A stretch of 64,000 nucleotides of DNA from Tubiluchus corallicola (lineage: Eukaryota; Animalia; Priapulida). Where the stretch lies: positions 496,001-560,000 of the forward strand of contig JAQGDQ010000060.1 of the NCBI GenBank assembly GCA_030141605.1, written 5' to 3'. Numbering within the stretch: position 1 is the first letter of the stretch; the number at the start of each line of letters is the position of its first letter. The notes under the pieces are model-generated. The model saw nothing but the letters and a program-made list of their open reading frames with translations. It was not told the origin of the DNA and ran no database searches. The position numbers and the translations under genes are program-made. Positions 36,863 through 49,800 of this stretch are shown here, piece by piece.

Positions 36863-37378
36863 TAGTGACGGGCGATTAACCAATTAAATTGAATTAGTCA
36901 AGATTACAACCGTATATGAATCGATATAATCAGCGATTGAACAGTAATTCAATTAATAGAGAGCAAAATATGTGTGTTACACATCGATTGACAGGCAATG
37001 TTTTGGCACCAATAAATGAAATCTTCGCATTTCCTTTATCATTTTTTTTGCGTTACACAACACGCACAATTGTGAACTAGGGACTTCAAATTTGTTGGTA
37101 CGTGTGTGTAGCGGTGTAGCGTGTGTGTGTAGCGATGTAGTCACAGAGTAGTTAACGAAAGCGCAGTGCTTGTGTACAAATTATAGTTTGCGAGTAGAAA
37201 AATGGCAGACAGCGACAAATGCCGTGTAGAGGTTTATACGCCGAACGATCATTTCACCTGTGATCATTGAAAACACGACTGAAACACTAAAAAATTGTCA
37301 CAGAAGATTAATCGTGACGTCGAAAAATAAGGACAAGATTATAATCGAATTACGAAATTTCAAAATCGCCCATCACTA
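36863..37378. mobile_element. hAT-type MITE downstream of the TRA2 stop
   Basis: TAGTGACGGGCGATT...AATCGCCCATCACTA with flanks TGTTGTAC/GATTGTAC (approximate 8-bp TSD). Confidence 0.75.
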
Positions 37379-37809
37379 GATTGTACTATACAATACGAAC
37401 ACGTTACAAAGAGCAGTTATGAAAACGTTTGTCTACAGTAACCAGTAGAAAAACCATTAAAAGTCATCCTAATTCCTACTAATTACTCGGAGAACAAAAC
37501 ACAGCACACTTTCAATTAACTTTTCACGAAGATGTTCAACTCGTCACAAACTAACGGACGTTATTACGGAACAAAATTTTTAAACAGTTTAAAATGATTT
37601 ACAGAATTTTATGCTAAAATTTCACAAGATGATATGAACTAAACAGAAATTTTACATCTTAACAACATTTCGAGAGTGAGGTGAGAAGTCCTTTACAGTC
37701 AAGTTAATGATATTATCATTTATGCCCATCGCGTTTTACAAAAACGGCAAATTTAACGTCGTTCGCAAACATCCAGTCTAGGAACAACCTAGACAACAAA
37801 GAGCGCCAT

Positions 37810-37820
37810 CTAGTAACGAC
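37810..37820 (-). CDS. TRA2: TRA2 last coding exon (RRY-stop)
   Basis: tttctag|GT CGT TAC TAG completes SYSP-R-R-Y*, the canonical Tra2 C-terminus. Confidence 0.85.
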
Positions 37821-40800
37821 CTAGAAATTAAGACAATTAATTGAATACAGATCAAACAACAAGCACTTTACTTACACTCCTATATAATGCTATATCCTAT
37901 CTAATACAGTCACACAGATATACCGAAAATTAACTGTAAGAAAATATATCCAATCAATATATGATTAGAATAACGAGTAGGATTATGCATTTCTGGGCAA
38001 AAAAAAATCGATTTTACGGATCATTATAAATTTGTCTTACTCACAAATTAAGCTTAATTTGGTTCAAAATAAGTACATACATCTGTTTTCTCCTGCAGTT
38101 ATAAGTAGATTAGGAGATAACTTTGGTATAAAACCAAACGAAAGTGACTACATTTACTTTAGTGAAACAAACAATTTACAAAACAAACCTAATGCAGGCA
38201 GCCTAAAAAATGATTAACAAATTATTAATTAGTTAAAGTCCTTTTCTTGTTCAAAATCATTTGCACACAACATAACTGTTTAAAAGCTTGACAAAAAACA
38301 GAAAAAAAATGATTGTGATGCAGTGAAACAGCAGCTCTTTTGTACATTGGTGCAATAGTACATTACTAATTTGCTACCACTGTCCAAAATGGAAAGCAAA
38401 AATTTTAACAAACGAAATCAATGGGACGCAACAGAACCATCTTCCGTTCCCTTCTTTGCAAGTGAGTCTTAAAATGACAACACATTTCAATTCTTCTGAA
38501 GGCATTTCCTTCAATTGTTTTAGCTTAAATCAGGAACGCTTCTGCCAATATTGCTCGTCCCATGCCAGCTTTTGCAGGATATGTCAGCAAGACAGAATTT
38601 GGTACAATTTTAACTTGGTAACAGCACTACACCGCATAGCATTCAGGAGCTGGCTGGTAAAAATATTCTTAATATTTTACAGACTTTTGCAAGCTAAAGG
38701 TTAAACACAAAATACTTTATGAAGTTTCAATTTTACCCAAAATCAGAAAGAAAATGGTCTAACTAAGATTTCGTGATGCTTTTTCTTAGTAGCTTATATA
38801 TAAGAGGAAATCTGATGCCAAGGTGTCATTTTCGAAGAGTCTGCAACTTCATTTTGCTCGTTAAATGACACCAGGAATTCCAGCGCTTGAGTTTGGTTAT
38901 CACGTGTTATATTCTGCCGTGTAGAATTGTTTACAAACTCAATGTCACAGAAACTTTAGTGCGATTTCGCTAAGTTTCACAAGCCAAACCGAACAGAATG
39001 TTTTGGGAAAAATGCAACTTCGAGGCTTGATTTCATTCGGAAGGAAGCCGTGAAATTTAATAAAATTAGTGTCAGATTTTAAATTATGGTTAGCTCTTTT
39101 TATTAAAGAAAATTTGTTTTTATGCAAAATCTGACCTTAATGACAGAGTGTAAAACAGCTGAATAACAGTTTGAGCACAAACCATAAGCCCCTGACAGAA
39201 TAAACTCAATATGAACAATGAAGCAATCAATTGATTCTTCGGTTTGTAACATGCGTAGCGTTCCATATGTAAACAATGCAAGAACTGTGGACCATTACTC
39301 CCGAAAACGACTTTACCTCGACGCCAAACTGTCTCAGCTTCCCGGTCGTCAAGTTGCAGGTAACACGTAAAGAATTTTCCATAAATTTTTAGCCCAGGAT
39401 CTCTGGCCTAATTCTCGGCAATGAAAGGCATCAGCAAAATTTCAGGGGAGCGAAAGCAATTAGTGAATCGCAAAATTCACTGGAAAATGACTTATACCCT
39501 CATACTTACGTGGAGAATAAGAACGGGATCTGGAACGAGAGTAGCGCGGAGAATAACGTGGAGAGTAACGCCGGCTGCGATTGTACCCATATCCGCCGCC
39601 CCCTCCGTATCCACCGGAATATCCGTATCCATAATTACGACGTGGTGGCCTGAAACACGAACACATCAAATTATTAGAGACATTAATGAAATGACATCTG
39701 ACAACACTGGAACACAGAGACGGCATCCGAACACGGAGACGGCGTCCGAACACGGAGACGACATCCCAACACAGAGACGCGTCTGAACACAGAGAGGACG
39801 TACGAACAGAGAGAGACGACATCCGAACACAGAGACAACAGAACCATTGCAGCAAAAACAGAAAAAAACTTCAGTCATTGGTAGAAACTCAAAATAATTG
39901 GTCCTTATACCTGGCGGGTCTTCCCATGTACACTCCAGGAGTTGGCGTATGTGCCCGGTTGGTAATGGAAAAATCTACTCTGATACGCCGTCCGTCTATT
40001 TCCATGCCGGCTGCTTTTTCCTTTGCCTGTCAAAATAAAAGCACATATGAAACTCATAGATAGGGGCCAATGCAACAAAAACTAAACATAATAATCTTAA
40101 TCTCTATCACGAGACAAATAATTATTTTTATAAAATAATACAAGATTAAAACACGGCTGAAAGTATTAGCAAAGCTTAGTCTGATCAGGTAATCAAATTT
40201 CTTCTACAACTTTTTCACCAGGTGTAATCAATAGGACGTACTGCAATCTTCATTAAATCAACTAGTTAATGTTGTATCAAAAAAAATTTTATACACCAAT
40301 AACTATTAGCAGTCACAAGTACAGCATAATAACTTAAATTAAATACCAAGTATGGTTCTCTAACTGGTTTTCATCCCCTTCACTTTGCCAGACTGGACTG
40401 GTGTTTAACTGGATAGATGTAACACTAATTTGCAATATAGCAAACATACTGCAAAGGAGCATAGTGTTGTTTGGTACTACACTGTTTGCTGTAACCAGTC
40501 TGGGTGAATAGAGAGTCGGTGTGGAAAAACAGCCTCATACAAACTGATTTTAAAAGTGCAGTTTTTACGTATTTTTGGGGTATTTAATGAGTCTGTAGAA
40601 CTTAAGCACACGAAAAAAGGATAACCCGATGGCATGACTTTTGTTAATGATACACACTGGCCTGGCTGGATGCAGATGACATATGGAATACCTGTACCCG
40701 GTGTTGCAGGAAATCATGGCAAAACACCAAGAAGAGTTCAATGGCGAGGCAGTTGATGAAGAAACTTCTAGCTCAGAGTTTGAGCCCGCTGAAGAAGATT

Positions 40801-43800
40801 TGATTGCAAAGCAAAACATTCTTGCCATTTGACTTTGATTAAATTAAACTTCGTATTGGAACGAAAAAAAATTCTATTAAATTAGTCTGTGTGAAAAATC
40901 GATCTAACACAGACTAATTCTGATAGTGCATGTTGATAAGTTGGTTTCAAAATTAGTCTCAAAACATAATAATTACATTAAACAGTTTAGTTCTGCTGTA
41001 TCCCTAATTACAATCATTTACCACTATGTGTTAAGCAAAGATTATGAGTACAGTGTTCCCTCGCTACTTCGCGGTTCGTTTATCGTGGACTCGCTGTTTC
41101 GCGACTTTTCAAAAATATTAATGTAAAATATTTATCGCGCTATTTTCGCTGTTTCGCAGGTTTTTGCAGTACTCCGTCTAAAGTATTTTTGCACATGCGC
41201 AGTACGTATTGTACAGTACTGTATACATTTGATGAATTTTGCATAAAAAATCACAAAATGTATAAAAATATATCAAAAATATTAATTCTAACATTAAAAG
41301 AATATCATAAATCATAAAAAATTACCATTTATAGTAAATAGTGTATTTATTCAGCGGATGAATACACACCAAAAACGAAATGTAGTACTTGTGCCCTAAA
41401 ATAAGTATAGCGTCCCTACTTATCGTGGGTGGGCCTAGGACGGAATACCCACGATAAGTGAAGGAACACTGTATTACAAAACATTGGCTGGCTCTTAACT
41501 AAAAATCTACTTCAATTATGTAAAGGTCTAGCATATCAGCTTTATTTACTCTATTTCATCATGTGGCAAAAAGGTACTTACCTCCATCGCGTCATTTGTG
41601 TCTTCGAAATGGACAAATGCAAATCCTCTAGACTGACCAGACTAAAACAGTAAAACATTCATGATAATGCACAGTTGCACATGTTTAGTTCATTGCTTCT
41701 ATCAATAGCAGTGCACAAAGTATGTAAATATATATATACTTCTCTTAAGCTCTGCAGACGTTAAATTTTGTAACCGGGAATGTTTAGTCAGTTAACTGCT
41801 AGTTAAACTCCATTTGAAAATTGTCTAGCTGCGTTTTTAGTTATAAATTTCACAAGTTTTCAAAAATTGTCAAACATTTTAACATAGGTATGACAGGCTC
41901 CCCCCACCATCCCCTCTCTGCCTCTCTCTCTCGCTCGCTCTGTCTGTCTCTCTCTCTCTGTCTGCCTCTTTCTCTCTCTGTCCGTCTGTCTCTCTCTCTA
42001 CCTCCCTCCCTCCCTCTCTCTCTTCCTCCCTCCTTCCCCCTCTCTCTCTCTACCTCCCTCCCTCCCTCTCTCTCTTCCTCCCTCCTACCCTCTCTCTCTC
42101 TCTCCTTCCTCTCTATAATGCAAAAAATTAGTGCTGTAATGGGAAATCATATGGGAATGGCAATTACTACAAACACGTCAACAGGATAGTACAGTAGTAT
42201 ATAGTAGTACGTCACAGTTCATCAACATTGAAAAGCAATGAATCAAGACTGTAGTAAAATGATCACAAGACGTGACCAAATTTTGCTTTGGCAGTACTCT
42301 ATAAACTACTCACTCTGTGGTCATATATCACATTAATTTCATCAATAGGTCCATAGCGGCCGAAGATCTCTCTCAGATCCCTTTCTTCTGTGTAAAGTGA
42401 CAATCCAAAAATTCCAAGGCAACGACTCACTTCCGGATTTTCCTATAAAGAAAAAAACAAATAACTGTTTAAGCCATGGGAATTTTTACAATTTTTAAAA
42501 AGGCATTTATAAGATAGATAGATAGATTATTGACATATGGCCAACAGGGCCAATCAAAACAATAATGAACATGTCATACAATGGATAGATAGTTTATTGA
42601 CATATGGCCAACAGTGTCAATCAAAACAATAATAAACATTTCATGCAATAGATTACATACAAGTTCAGATAAATTTTTCCACTGCACTTTCTATTACAGT
42701 GTTTTGTGCTTGCATCACACAAAACAGTTTTTCATTTTCAGTTAAAGCATTAAAAGTAGGATCATACTGAGAAACTGTGTTCAACATAAAGTTATGTGCA
42801 ACATTATGTCTTGAGTAGTACAATAAAAAATGGCATTCATCTTCAACAACATTGCAGACACCACAAACATGATTTTCACATGGAATAGGTGGTCATACAT
42901 GTCTAGCAGTTTCAACAGCCAAACGAGGAGCACTAATTCTAAATTTTGTCAAGGCCCCGTTCTATCTTCAATATTCCTAACATTTCCTAATTAAGCTTTT
43001 TAACATGGCATACAAACTAAAACTACCTGGCCATTACATTGCGTCAACATCACTCAGGTACTTCCACTCAGAAAAAACATTTCTTAATTAAGCTAATTTC
43101 CTTGCAGTTTAATTCAACAAACTTCGGATACTTCCAGAATAGAGAGCAACCAGACATACAACAATGTTATTTTTCATATCCCATTTTCATGTCCGATCAA
43201 AAGTAAACATTTTAACTCCAGTAATATTCGTAAGCATTTCTGATAATTAAGTAACAGATTAAAAACTTAATTAACGGTGGGCGAGCCCAACTACTGATGA
43301 CATCACAAACTAACATAATTTTCAACAGCAAAAATATTTCATGAGCGTGTTGCACACGTTTGCAAAAGCAAAAATTGAAGTACAGTGCTAGTGTAAGATA
43401 TTCCGTGTGTTGTACTAAAACTGGGCAAGTTTTAAGATAAAAATTGAAATTTCAAATTTGCTGCTGTGCTCACCATAAGCTGTCGAACATGTGTAGTTCA
43501 TCACAAACTAACACATCTGAATTAAGTGGTACACCATCTGCGTTTTTGCAACACGTTTCCGAAATGCAGGCGCTAGTGTCTGTCTAACTAGCGAATGGCG
43601 AAATGCATGTAATGGCAAAGTTGCGTTTGTGTGTTAATATTTCTTTCACGGAAGTCATTTTCGAAAAAAATAGTATGTTTCCTTTCAATATTTTAAAGAG
43701 TAGATTGCTTTGAGCTACGGTTTAAGATTGGGTCCGATTTTGATTTAAAATTTTGTTTTTTATGCAATTCTGTACTCTCAAACAGCGATCCAGCATTCTG

Positions 43801-46800
43801 TGGCATGGCGAGTGCTAGATGTGAGGGCAAACTGGGGCATGGCGAGTGCTAGATGTGAGGGCAAACTGGGGCATGGCGAGTGCTAGATGTGAGGGCAAAC
43901 TGGGGCATGGCGAATGCTAGCTGTGAGGGCAAACTGGGGCATGACGAGTGCTAGATGTGAGGGCAAACTGGGGCATGACGAGTGCTAGATGTGAGGGCAA
44001 AATGGGGCATGGCGAGTGCTAGCTGTGAGGGCAAACAGGGGCATGGCGAGTGCTAGATGTGAGGGCAAACTGGGGCATGACGAGTGCTAGATGTGAGGGC
44101 AAACTGGGGCATGACGAGTGCTAGATGTGAGGGCAAACTGGGGCATGACAAGTGCTAGATGTGAGGGCAAACTGGGGCATGGCGAGTGCTAGATGTGAGG
44201 GCAAACTGGGGCATGACGAGTGCTAGATGTGAGGGCAAACTGGGGCATGACGAGTGCTAGATGTGAGGGCAAACTGGGGCATGACGAGTGCTAGATGTGA
44301 GGGCAAAATGGGGCATGGCGAGTGCTAGATGTGAGGGCAAACTGGGGCATGACGAGTGCTAGATGTGAGGGCAAACTGGGGCATGGCGAGTGCTAGCTGT
44401 GAGGGCAAACTGGGGCATGGCAAGTGCTAGATGTGAGGGCAAACTGGAGCATGACGAGTGCTAGATTGGGCAGACACTGTGACCACTCAGTTATTTTTCA
44501 TTACACTAAATTGAACTGTAACATGAATAATATGTTTTTACAACTATCTTCTAGACAGAACGTGTTTTCGGTATATTAAATTAGACAACGATAATATGCA
44601 AAATATTCTAGCTTCAATAAAAGTTCAATAGATGGCACTACCAGTACAAAATTGTAAGTGCTTTATGATTTATTGTGTAAATTATCAGGTGACAAGAATA
44701 AAAGAAAAATACTGGCAATTTTAACATTAAAGCTGTTCAGTACTCACTCTGTCTCCAACATGTCGACGGCGCTGAGACATCGGTGAATGACTGTGACTGC
44801 GACTACGGCTACGATAGTCTCGATTGCTGCGTCCATAATGTGGCGATCGATCACGGGAACGGCTGTACGCAAACACAAAACACAAGCAATATAAAAAATA
44901 CTCATAACGTACAGACAGTCAGTTGAAGACAAACTACATTTAAATATAGTGTAAATTTATTGTTTAGTAAATATAGTGTTTATTGGCTACGGTTACAGCA
45001 GTCTTGGTTGCTGCGTTCATAATGTGGCGATCAATTAAGGGAACGGCTGTACGCAAACAAAACAAACAATATAAAAAATACTCATAACGTACAGACAATC
45101 AGTTGAAATGAAACTGCTTTTAAATATAATTATTCAATAGGTTTTTTTTACCTCGAATATCTAAAAATTTCGAGTAAGTTATGAAAACTGGAATACCCAT
45201 AACGCTTTATCTATTTTTATCTATTAAAAATAGTTAAGGCGCACAAGTATTATTGTTCACACAATTGTTATTATTAGTTAATTGTTGTAAACATTTAACT
45301 TAAACTATTTGCTGATGTTGGAAGTGCGTACGTTAATCATTAGGATAGAAAGGATTTGAAGTAGCAAAAACAGCAAAGTCTACCAACACTGCAGTTCTTT
45401 TTATATGTTTATCTAATTTCGCTAAAAGAATTGCCATTTTCACATATTTTGCTTTGTTTAATAAAAGTGTAGAACATGCAAAGTGTGCAGGTACTTTTGA
45501 GACACCCTGTACATAAGACTTCTATTTTCCTGCGTTCACATTTTCAGTTTGCACACACACAGCAGGCGTGGTTTTCATAAAGAAGCAATCAGGGTTTTTA
45601 AAAGCACAAGAAAACCCTCAACTTACATCAAGCTTAAAAAATTCATCTTGAAATTTTATACCACTTACATACTGCCATTTTGCATACAGGGCTCGTGTCA
45701 GCAGTAATGCTGTACAAAACATGTGAGTTTAAACTTCTGCAATGACCGTTAGGCGCAGCCATTTTAATGGTAGGTCATTTGAAAAAAATTTAGATAACAC
45801 TGAGTGAAGTTTGCAAAATTATCAGAGCAATCGTAGCACACACGTCACTAAGTAAAATTTTAAATTATTGTCCATAAGATTAAAAATACGTTTTTGGTTA
45901 CTGAGTGGTGCACCCTGGAGGGTGAGTCAGCGACACTTTACCAATTGGCACGAACATCTTAAATTGTTATTTCTAGTTACATAACTCTTTCCAGAATATA
46001 AGCAAAATGCAAAGCAATACAGATTTGCATGGACAGTTTTTTGGGACATCTCCTTTTTTCCCCAGATTTGCATTTGCGTAATTGACGTCATGTAACATCA
46101 TGTCATGGCGTCGTCGCAACAGTATTGCGGAAATTGCCATAAAGTAACATAATTTTTAAGGCTACTTCAGGCACCCCTTTTCTTGTCCTTTTAAATCAGC
46201 TGCTCATACAGTCCATTCTCAAACAGCATCAATTACCCAAAAAAGGTACAACCCTAGCAGACAAGGTGGTGACGTCAAATGCTGCCCATCGCCCCCCCCC
46301 CCCCCTTCGAGAGTATTCTTCCTCTACGCCAATCAGCAAACCAATTATCTCGAAGACAACACCAAATAAGGTGGCCACTATAAGATTCAAATTAGCAAAC
46401 CTTCTGATAATAAACCTCAACTTACCTGCCATGTAAGTCTTACAATTAATAGGATGACAAAAACGCATTTAGTGTCTTGTACTTATCTGGCTATCATAGA
46501 ATCTTATTTAATTACATAATGATGCCAGTGCCTGGCCAATCCTGGCAAAACTATTGCTGCTTTCAAAGCTCAAAGTGAAAATGGCATGTAAAGAGCAAAT
46601 AATAATAATAATAATAATAATAATAATCTTTTTATTTACACGCACAGTTATAATACAATTAATTTGGAAACAAAAATGTGAAGAAAGGGCAGCGAAAGAC
46701 CAATTGGTCATCTAGTCAGCTGCCCTTTGGTTAGTGCGAACATTTTTATAGGCGCTATGCTACAGTGTATTAGTGTTAGTACTGCTTATAATAAAAATTT

Positions 46801-49800
46801 AATTGTTACGAATGACATAAAATTGATATGCTTATAACGTGTTAGTACAATTCATACACAGTAATAATAAGTGCATAATAAAAAAATGAAACTGAAAAGC
46901 AAAAGGAACAAAAGAAAGTTAAGGATCAAAAATTTTTATTACTTGGTGACATCATACATAGTTTAATTGAATTTGGCTAAATACTGTCAATGAACACTAC
47001 ATGTATATGAGAAATGTCTAGAAATAGCACTACATTGGTTAAATTAGGAGCCAGTAAAAAAGAAGCAGTCTAATACACAACATATCATATCATAAATATT
47101 TTCCAGCAAGCTCTAGGATTATTTCTCCACAACCAAAAAAACTCCAAGTACACTTTACAGCAAGATTTGTTCAGTTAGACAATAATGAGACTATTGTATA
47201 AGAAAGCAGGTGATAGGATTGACGGAACTTCAGATCTTTGTACAAATGCAAGCACTAGGACCCTGGTTCAAAAATTTTTGCACTAATTTACATAAACCCT
47301 AGCATAAATGTAGTAAAAACCTTAGTCATTAAAGTTTAAGTGATGCATAGGAGACCATCACAAACAACACTACAAATCTACATGATCTTAACATTGTACA
47401 AAAACCACCCTAGCCTAGGTTTGTAAGTAAGCAAGAACAGTGTTAATCCTAAAGCACATTGAACACAATGATGTGGCGTAGGTCTAATGTATTCAACAAT
47501 GCATACTTATTGCTAATTTTAAAAATTTGTCTTACTGTTATGCTGACCTAGGTGACCCTATTTAAACGAAAACACGCACATTCAACTTGTGGTAATTATT
47601 GTGCTTAATTTTTAATTATACAAGGAACATCACGAACGTCATATTTAATGTCTTTACGCACTTAATTGTCATAGACCTTCGCAAAAATTTTAATGCACCC
47701 TATTTTTAAAAGTGGATTTGTCACCTAATTTCATCAATAAACTCATTATTATTATTATTACAGTGGAACCATATTCCTTTCGGTCACAAATGCGTCCTTT
47801 ATACTCACTGGGCTGACACCACCCACTGATCCCCCCCCCCATACCGACATTGAATGCGCAATATGAGAAATGTCTAGTCCCTATAGCAGAAATCAGCTGA
47901 ACATGCTACAGACCATCGTCCAGTAATTAACAACATTGAAAAAAAGAAACCCAGCATTCTACCGGCATAAGAATTGCGATGGCAGGCAGTTTTCCAGGAA
48001 ATTGACCAACCATTGACTATCCGATACTAATTATTAATCTCATATTAATAGTTTCACTTCAGTTTTTGCGGTCATCTCTGCAAAATGCCTAAACCAAGAC
48101 GTATAGCACAAAACTAACACTGTCATTGGATTCACAGACCTTGAAGACTGAACACTTAAATTTAAAATTCCATTTAAAATTAAGATATGAACCAAAGAGT
48201 AGTTACAGCAAATACAAGTGACGCCATTACTGCAATAAATGGCAGTGATGAAAAGCAAAATGCTGTAAAATTTTACAACGATCATGTAGCAGTATTGTCC
48301 AAAAAATGTAAAGGACTGAAAATGAAAAGCCACGGCGAGTAGCAGAGTGGAGAGTGCTGCTGTAAATATGATCTGAAGCACCAACTTTTTGCTCATGCCA
48401 TTTCGTTAAAGGAAAGGACAAGCCCTCTAAAAAGTTTAGCTTATTTCAATGTTTGCGAAAAATAATATGCCTTTGTAATAAAAGTGATATAAGCACTTCG
48501 TGTAATTAGTACAATTACTTTAAAGTCGTGATCATTTCGTATTACAACAAATGGGGCAGAACGAATTGTGGCCGTGAGTCGACGACTACCCGAATGTGGC
48601 AATTGTTAAAGTACCACATGGTAGTCTCATGCTGCAAGTTCAGACTGTGCACTCTCAAACACTTTCGGCACTGGATATTTGTACAGATCTTCCAAAAACA
48701 CTCTGCGGCACTTATCGTTCATTGCATGCCGTATAGACTTGCGACGCGACATGTCCTCCAACGTTCCCGGATACTCTATCTCTAGCTGTGCCAAAATGGC
48801 ATTGACTCGTGCAGGATCCAACTTGTTCTTCATGATCTGGCCCATTTTTGTGAGGGCCACCCCTCCCTTCAAGGTGCTTGTGCGAAGCTCCTCGCGGCTA
48901 AAAAGAAGCCCCATAAGTTTGAGCACAAAAATATTTGGAGAACCGCGAGATCGATCATATGCCGTATCATACTCCACTTTGGAAATTTCAAACTGATTAT
49001 CAGTTGTAGCACCTATTACTACAGTCTTATCGATGAGCATTCCATATTTTGGTTCACTTGGCACGAGAAATTCTGGCACGATGTTCTTATTGCGAAGACG
49101 ACAGAAGTTGGCAGAAAAATCTTGCACCATATTTGGGTCACTTTCTGTGGTTACAACACTTGACTGGTCGAAAAACTCAACTGGTTGTGATCCAGAAACC
49201 GGGACCTGCCGTTGCGACCAACAATCGTGACTTTCGATTTCAGATTTCATAGCCACTTGCCCCGAAGACCACTCTTCAACTGCCAAAACAGTATTTGAGT
49301 GTTTGTCCGACATAGACGTACCTTGACTAGATTCTGTTGAGTCTTGCAGCTGGTGACTAAGTTGATTCTCAGCTATAGCATGTTGCATCGAGGCTCTTGA
49401 TGACTGTGCCGTTACACTTGATTCTACAGTTTGTTCCGTTCCACTTTCAAGTTCACCATCACTTTCATCAATTTCTACAATTTCAGTTATGTAATTATTG
49501 ACATCAACCGTCTGGGACGTGCTGGAGTCGGCGGCATTAGATTTACGTTTCTCATTTGAAGATGTCGATGCAGCAGAATGTAAAATGGGGCTGTGGTTCG
49601 CAATGCGCTCAGCTGTGCGACGGCTTAAATATGCTCTAGCTGCGGCAAATCCTTCACACGTAGCCACAGGAACTGATAGCCGATCAAGTCCATTTGGTAA
49701 AGAATGCCGAGGACTTAGCGAAGCCAGCACACCTGTGGAATTTTCTACTCGTTCATAACCTGTCTTTGGTGATTTACAAAAGCCAGGGATCTTCTTCCTT

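Noticed and set aside
39317-39407. Possible 91-nt TRA2 cassette exon ending at the donor GAG|GTAAAG
   Set aside because: The acceptor is ambiguous, and the frame stops about 30 nt before the junction. It cannot be supported without RNA data.
40565-40828. 87-aa ORF and a short acidic + strand peptide
   Set aside because: No domain and no splice sites that fit either gene; likely transposon debris.
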